Assembly: GCF_009914755.1 (NCBI RefSeq)
Contig: NC_060939.1
Direction: 5' to 3' (one strand)
Source: the human T2T-CHM13v2.0 reference genome, Homo sapiens
Length of the DNA: 64,000 nt
Below the pieces are notes generated by a model. It worked only from the letters and a program-made list of their open reading frames with translations, had not been told where the DNA came from and made no database searches. The position numbers and the translations under genes are program-made. Shown here one piece after another: positions 58,276 to 64,000 of the stretch; the first letter of the stretch is position 1, and the number at the start of each line of letters is the position of its first letter.

Positions 58276-61200
58276 CGATTCCATTCCATTGCATTGCATT
58301 CCATTCCATTGGATTGCATTCCATTCGATTCCATTCCATTCGAATCAATTACATAGCAATCTATTACATTCGAGTCTATTCTATTCCGTTCCATTGGATT
58401 TCGTTCCAATCCATTCGATTCCATTCCATTCGATTCCATTCCATACTATTGCATTCCATTCGATTACATTATATTCGAATAAGTTCCATTCAAGACCATT
58501 TCTTTTGAGTCCATTCTATTGGAGTCCATTCCCTTTGATTCCATAACATTTGAGTCCATTCAATTCCATTCCTTTCGTTTCCATTCCATTTGATGCCATT
58601 CCATTCAATTCTGTTCTACTCGACTCCAATACATTCAATTCCATTCCATCCGATTCCATAACATTCTTTTCATTTCTTATCCATTTCAAGCCATTCCACT
58701 CCATTCCATTCCACTCGTTTCCTTTCCATTCGAGTCCATTCCTCTCCAGTCCATTCCGTTCAATCCATTCCATTCCAGTCCATTCCATTCGAGTCCGTTC
58801 CATTCCAGTCCATTCCATTCGAGTCAATTCCATCCCATTCGATGTCTTTCCGTAACGATCCATTCCATTCTATTCCTTTCGATTCCATTCCATTCTATTT
58901 CATTCCATTCGATTCCCTTCCATTGGACTCCTTTCCATTCGAGTGCATTCCATTCCGTTCCATTTCTTTCCGTTCTGTACGATTCCTACCGTTCGATTTC
59001 ATTTTGTTCCAGTCCATTCCTTTCGCGTCCATTCCATTCCATTTCACTCCATTCGATTCCATTCCACTCGATTCCACTTCGTTCCATTTCATTGCATTCC
59101 ATTCTATTCAACTCTATTGCCTTCCATTCCATTCCATTCGATTACATTCCATGCGATTCCATTCGAAATCGAATCAATTACATTGCAATCCATAACTATT
59201 GAGTCCGTTTTATTCCAGTCCACTGCATTCTGGTCCATTCCATTTGATTCCATTCCATTCTATTCCATTCCATACAGTTGCATTCCATTGGATTCCATTC
59301 TATATCTATAAATTCAATTCGAGACCATTGCTTTTGAGTCCATTCTATATGATTCCATTCCATTCAAGTCCATTACATTTGGTTCAATTCCATTCCATTC
59401 CATTCCCTTCCATTCCATTCCAGTTGATATCAATCCATTCGATTCCATTCCATTCGAGCACATTCCATTCGAGTCCATTCAATTCGATGCCATTCCATTT
59501 GGTTCTATTCCATTAGTCTCCATTCAATTCCATTAATCTCCATTCCATTCCATTCTACTCCAACTGATTCCATTCCATTCTATTCCTTTCCATTCCATTT
59601 CATTCCATTCCATTCCATTTCATTCCATTCCATTCCATTCCATTCGCTTCCATTCCATTCGTGTCCATTCCATTCCAGTCCATTCCATTTGTGTCCACTG
59701 CATTCCATTCCACTCCATTCCATATTATTCCATTACACTCCATTCCATTCTATTACTTTCATTTCCATTCAATTCCATTCCATTTGATTCCATTCCACTC
59801 GGTTTCATTCCATTTGAGTCCAATCCATTCCATTCCATTCCATTCAGTTCCATTCCATTCTGTTCCATTCCATTCCGTTCCATTGCATTCCATTCCATTC
59901 GGTACCATTCCATATTGTTCCATTCGATTCCATTCGAATCCATTCCATTCCAGTCCATTCCATTCGATTCCATTCAATTCCTTTCAATTCCATTCCATTC
60001 CATTCCATTCCACTTGATTCCACTCCATTCTCTTCCACTGCATTCCATTCGATTCCATTCCATTGCATTGCATTCCATTCCATTGGACTGCATTCCATTC
60101 GATTCCATTCCATTCGAATCAATTACATAGCAATCCATTACATTCGAGTCTATTCTATTCCGTTCCATTCGATTTCGTTCCAATCCATTCGATTCCATTC
60201 CATTCGATTCCATTCCATACTATTGCATTCCATTCTATTACATTATATTCGAATAAGTTCCATTCAAGACCATTTCTTTTGAGTCCATTCTATTTGAGTC
60301 CATTCCCTTTGATTCCATAACATTTGAGTCCATTCAATTCCATTCCTTTCGTTTCCATTCCATTTGATGCCATTCCATTCAATTCTGTTCTACTCGACTC
60401 CAATACATTCAATTCCATTCCATCCGATTCCATTACATTCTTTTCATTTCTTATCCATTTCAAGCCATTCCACTCCATTCCATTCCACTCGTTTCCTTTC
60501 CATTCGAGTCCATTCCTCTCCAGTCCATTCCGTTCAATCCATTCCATTCCAGTCCATTCCATTCGAGTCCGTTCCATTCCAGTCCATTCCATTCGAGTCA
60601 ATTCCATCCCATTCGATGTCTTTCCATAACGATCCATTCCATTCTATTCCTTTCAATTCCATTCCATTCTATTTCATTCCATTCGATTCCCTTCCATTGG
60701 ACTCCTTTCCATTCGAGTGCATTCCATTCCGTTCCATTTCTTTCCGTTCTGTACGATTCCTACCGTTCGATTTCATTTTGTTCCAGTCCATTCCTTTCGC
60801 GTCCATTCCATTCCATTTCATTCCATTCGATTCCATTCCACTCGATTCCACTTCGTTCCATTTCATTGCATTCCATTCTATTCAACTCTATTGCCTTCCA
60901 TTCCATTCCATTCGATTACATTCCATGCGATTCCATTCGAAATCGAATCAATTACATTGCAATCCATTACAATTGAGTCCGTTTTATTCCAGTCCACTGC
61001 ATTCTGGTCCATTCCATTTGATTCCATTCCATTCTATTCCATTCCATACAGTTGCATTCCTTTGGATTCCATGCTATATATATAAATTCAATTCGAGAAC
61101 ATTGCTTTTGAGTCCATTCTATATGATTCCATTCCATACAAGTCCATTACATTTGGTTCAATTCCATTCCATTCCATTCCCTTCCATTCCATTCCAGTTG

Positions 61201-64000
61201 ATATCAATCCATTCGATTCCATTCCATTCGAGCACATTCCATTCGAGTCCATTCCATTCGATGCCATTCCATTTGATTCTATTCCATTAGTCTCCATTCA
61301 ATTCCATTAATCTCCATTCCATTCCATTCTACTCCAACTGATTCCATTCCATTCTATTCCTTTCCATTCCATTTCATTCCATTCCATTCCATTTCATTCC
61401 ATTCCATTCCATTCGCTTCCATTCCATTCGTGTCCATTCCACTCCAGTCCATTCCATTCGTGTCCATTCCATTCCAGTCCATTCCATTTGTGTCCACTGC
61501 ATTCCATTCCACTCCATTCCATATTATTCCATTACACTCCATTCCATTCTATTACTTTCATTTCCATTCAATTCCATTCCATTTGATTCCATTACACTCG
61601 GTTTCATTCCATTTGAGTCTACTCCATTCCATTCCATTCCATTCAGTTCCATTCCATTCTGTTCCATTCCATTCCGTTCCATTACATTCCATTCCATTCG
61701 GTACCATTCCATATTGTTCCATTCGATTCCATTCGAATCCATTCCATTCCAGTCCATTCCATTCGATACCATTCCATTCATTTCAATTCCATTCCATTCC
61801 ATTCCATTACATTCCACTTGATTCCTCTCCATTCCCTTCCACTGCATTCCGTTCGATTCCATTCCATTGCATTGCATTCCATTCCATTGGATTGCATTCC
61901 TTTCGATTCCATTCCATTCGAATCAATTACATAGCAATCTATTACATTCGAGTCTATTCTATTCCGTTCCATTGGATTTCGTTCCAATCCATTCGATTCC
62001 ATTCCATTCGATTCCATTCCATACTATTGCATTCCATTCGATTACATTATATTCGAATAAGTTCCATTCAAGACCATTTCTTTTGAGTCCATTCTATTTG
62101 AGTCCATTCCCTTTGATTCCATAACATTTGAGTCCATTCAATTCCATTCCTTTCGTTTCCATTCCATTTGATGCCATTCCATTCAATTCTGTTCTACTCG
62201 ACTCCAATACATTCAATTCCATTCCATCCGATTCCATTACATTCTTTTCATTTCTTATCCATTTCAAGCCATTCCACTCCATTCCATTCCACTCGTTTCC
62301 TTTCCATTCGAGTCCATTCCTCTCCAGTCCATTCCGTTCAATCCATTCCATTCCAGTCCATTCCATTCGAGTCCGTTCCATTCCAGTCCATTCCATTCGA
62401 GTCAATTCCATCCCATTCGATGTCTTTCCATAACGATCCATTCCATTCTATTCCTTTCAATTCCATTCCATTCTATTTCATTCCATTCGATTCCCTTCCA
62501 TTGGACTCCTTTCCATTCGAGTGCATTCCATTCCGTTCCATTTCTTTCCGTTCTGTACGATTCCTACCGTTCGATTTCATTTTGTTCCAGTCCATTCTTT
62601 CGCGTCCATTCCATTCCATTTCACTCCATTCGATTCCATTCCACTCGATTCCACTTCGTTCCATTTCATTGCATTCCATTCTATTCAACTCTATTGCCTT
62701 CCATTCCATTCCATTCGATTACATTCCATGCGATTCCATACGAAATCGAATCAATTACATTGCAATCCATAACTATTGAGTCCATTTTATTCCAGTCCAC
62801 TGCATTCTGGTCCATTCCATTTGATTACATTCCATTCTATTCCATTCCATACAGTTGCATTCCATTGGATTCCATTCTATATCTATAAATTCAATTCGAG
62901 ACCATTGCTTTTGAGTCCATTCTATATGATTCCATTCCATTCAAGTCCATTACATTTGGTTCAATTCCATTCCATTCCATTCCCTTCCATTCCATTCCAG
63001 GTGATATCAATCCATTCGATTCCATTCCATTCGAGCACATTCCATTCGAGTCCATTCAATTCGATGCCATTCCATTTGGTTCTATTCCATTAGTCTCCAT
63101 TCAATTCCATTAATCTCCATTCCATTCCATTCTACTCCAACTGATTCCATTCCATTCTATTCCTTTCCATTCCATTTCATTCCATTCCATTCCATTTCAT
63201 TCCATTCCATTCCATTCCATTCCATTCGCTTCCATTCCATTCGTGTCCATTCCATTCCAGTCCATTCCATTTGTGTCCACTGCATTCCATTCCACTCCAT
63301 TCCATATTATTCCATTACACTCCATTCCATTCTATTACTTTCATTTCCATTCAATTCCATTCCATTTGATTCCATTCCACTCGGTTTCATTCCATTTGAG
63401 TCCACTCCATTCCATTCCATTCCATTCCATTCAGTTCCATTCCTTTCTGTTCCATTCCATTCCGTTCCATTGCATTCCATTCCATTCGGTACCATTCCAT
63501 ATTGTTCCATTCGATTCCATTCGAATCCATTCCATTCCAGTCCATTCCATTCGATTCCATTCCATTCCTTTCAATTCCATTCCATTCCATTCCATTCCAC
63601 TTGATTCCACTCCATTCCCTTCCACTGCATTCCATTCGATTCCATTCCATTGCATTGCATTCCATTCCATTGGACTGCATTCCATTCGATTCCATTCCAT
63701 TCGAATCAATTACATAGCAATCCATTACATTCGAGTCTATTCTATTCCGTTCAATTCGATTTCGTTCCAATCCATTCGATTCCATTCCATTCGATTCCAT
63801 TCCATACTATTGCATTCCATTCGATTACATTATATTCGAATAAGTTCCATTCAAGACCATTTCTTTTGAGTCCATTCTATTTGAGTCCATTCCCTTTGAT
63901 TCCATAACATTTGAGTCCATTCAATTCCATTCCTTTCGTTTCCATTCCATTTGATGCCATTCCATTCAATTCTGTTCTACTCGACTCCAATACATTCAAT

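Larger units (their letters stand above)
878..63493 (+). repeat. ~1.79-kb tandem unit with one KpnI site (GGTACC) per unit; probable D15Z1 / HSat3A5 family (chr15 short arm)
   Basis: GGTACC occurs at 878, 2671 ... 63488, once per unit. The landmark ORF 'MDRYGKTS' starts at 1599, 3412, 5186, 6999, 8817, 10610, 12404, 14178, 15991, 17765, 19569, 21387, 23195, 25004, 26793, 28587, 30381, 32170, 33964, 35768, 37562, 39330, 41119, 42773, 44542, 46336, 48125, 49919, 51723, 53497, 55265, 57054, 58863, 60637 and 62441. Spacings are 1768-1818 bp with one of 1654, mean ~1789. The periodicity is certain; the D15Z1/chr15 label is inferred from the 1.8-kb KpnI signature. Confidence 0.8.
1..64000 (+). repeat. 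Human satellite 3 (HSat3 / satellite III) array, diverged (CATTC)n pentamer, single orientation throughout
   Basis: Seen: every line is CATTC/CATTT/GATTC/GAGTC/CAGTC-type pentamers, with the C/T-rich strand always on +. No unique sequence is present. Knowledge: CATTC-derived arrays are HSat2/3, and the GATGAT/CATCAT motif typical of HSat2 was not seen. Confidence 0.97.

Noticed and set aside
50-63907. Hundreds of ORFs up to 308 aa (HSIPF- or MEWNG-repeat peptides)
   Set aside because: (CATTC)n has no stop codons in any frame and translates to FHSIP/MEWNG repeats. The ORFs overlap in all frames, recur with each unit, and are freely broken by frameshifts and stops. No domain similarity is evident.
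1-64000. CRISPR-like array or a novel defence/mobile gene system
   Set aside because: There is no repeat-unique spacer structure, no protein-coding genes and no non-satellite sequence.
1-64000. Y-chromosome DYZ1 (~3.5-kb HSat3) or chr1 HSat2 (1.77-kb) identity
   Set aside because: The ~3.58-kb periods here are dimers of nearly identical 1.8-kb units, not a 3.5-kb monomer. HSat2-type GATGAT/CATCAT motifs were not seen. Final assignment needs alignment to T2T-CHM13.
1-64000. Inversions, Alu/L1 insertions, alpha satellite or telomeric repeats
   Set aside because: I saw no switch to GGAAT on the + strand, no poly-A tails or target-site duplications, no 171-bp monomers and no TTAGGG. Landmark spacings leave no room for insertions above ~25 bp.

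Overview
The whole 64-kb window is one uninterrupted tandem array of human-type classical satellite 3 (HSat3), with diverged (CATTC)n on the + strand and (GAATG)n on the - strand. It is organised into about 36 head-to-tail units of ~1.79 kb, each with one KpnI site (GGTACC). That signature fits the D15Z1 1.8-kb KpnI satellite III family of chromosome 15p (HSat3A5), but the assignment is from recalled family properties, not from an alignment. I found no genes, RNA genes, transposon insertions, inversions or CRISPR arrays. Every ORF in the track is a translation artefact of the pentamer. I did not find a new gene system. The real signal is a layered repeat hierarchy readable from private variants: 5-bp pentamer, ancient ~0.83/0.95-kb half-units, the 1.8-kb unit, three distinct local ~3.58-kb dimers, and two large recent block duplications (offsets ~12.58 kb and ~15.95 kb). 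There is also a 155-bp microhomology-bounded deletion at a lineage switch. All comparisons were made by eye and from ORF-track coordinates.
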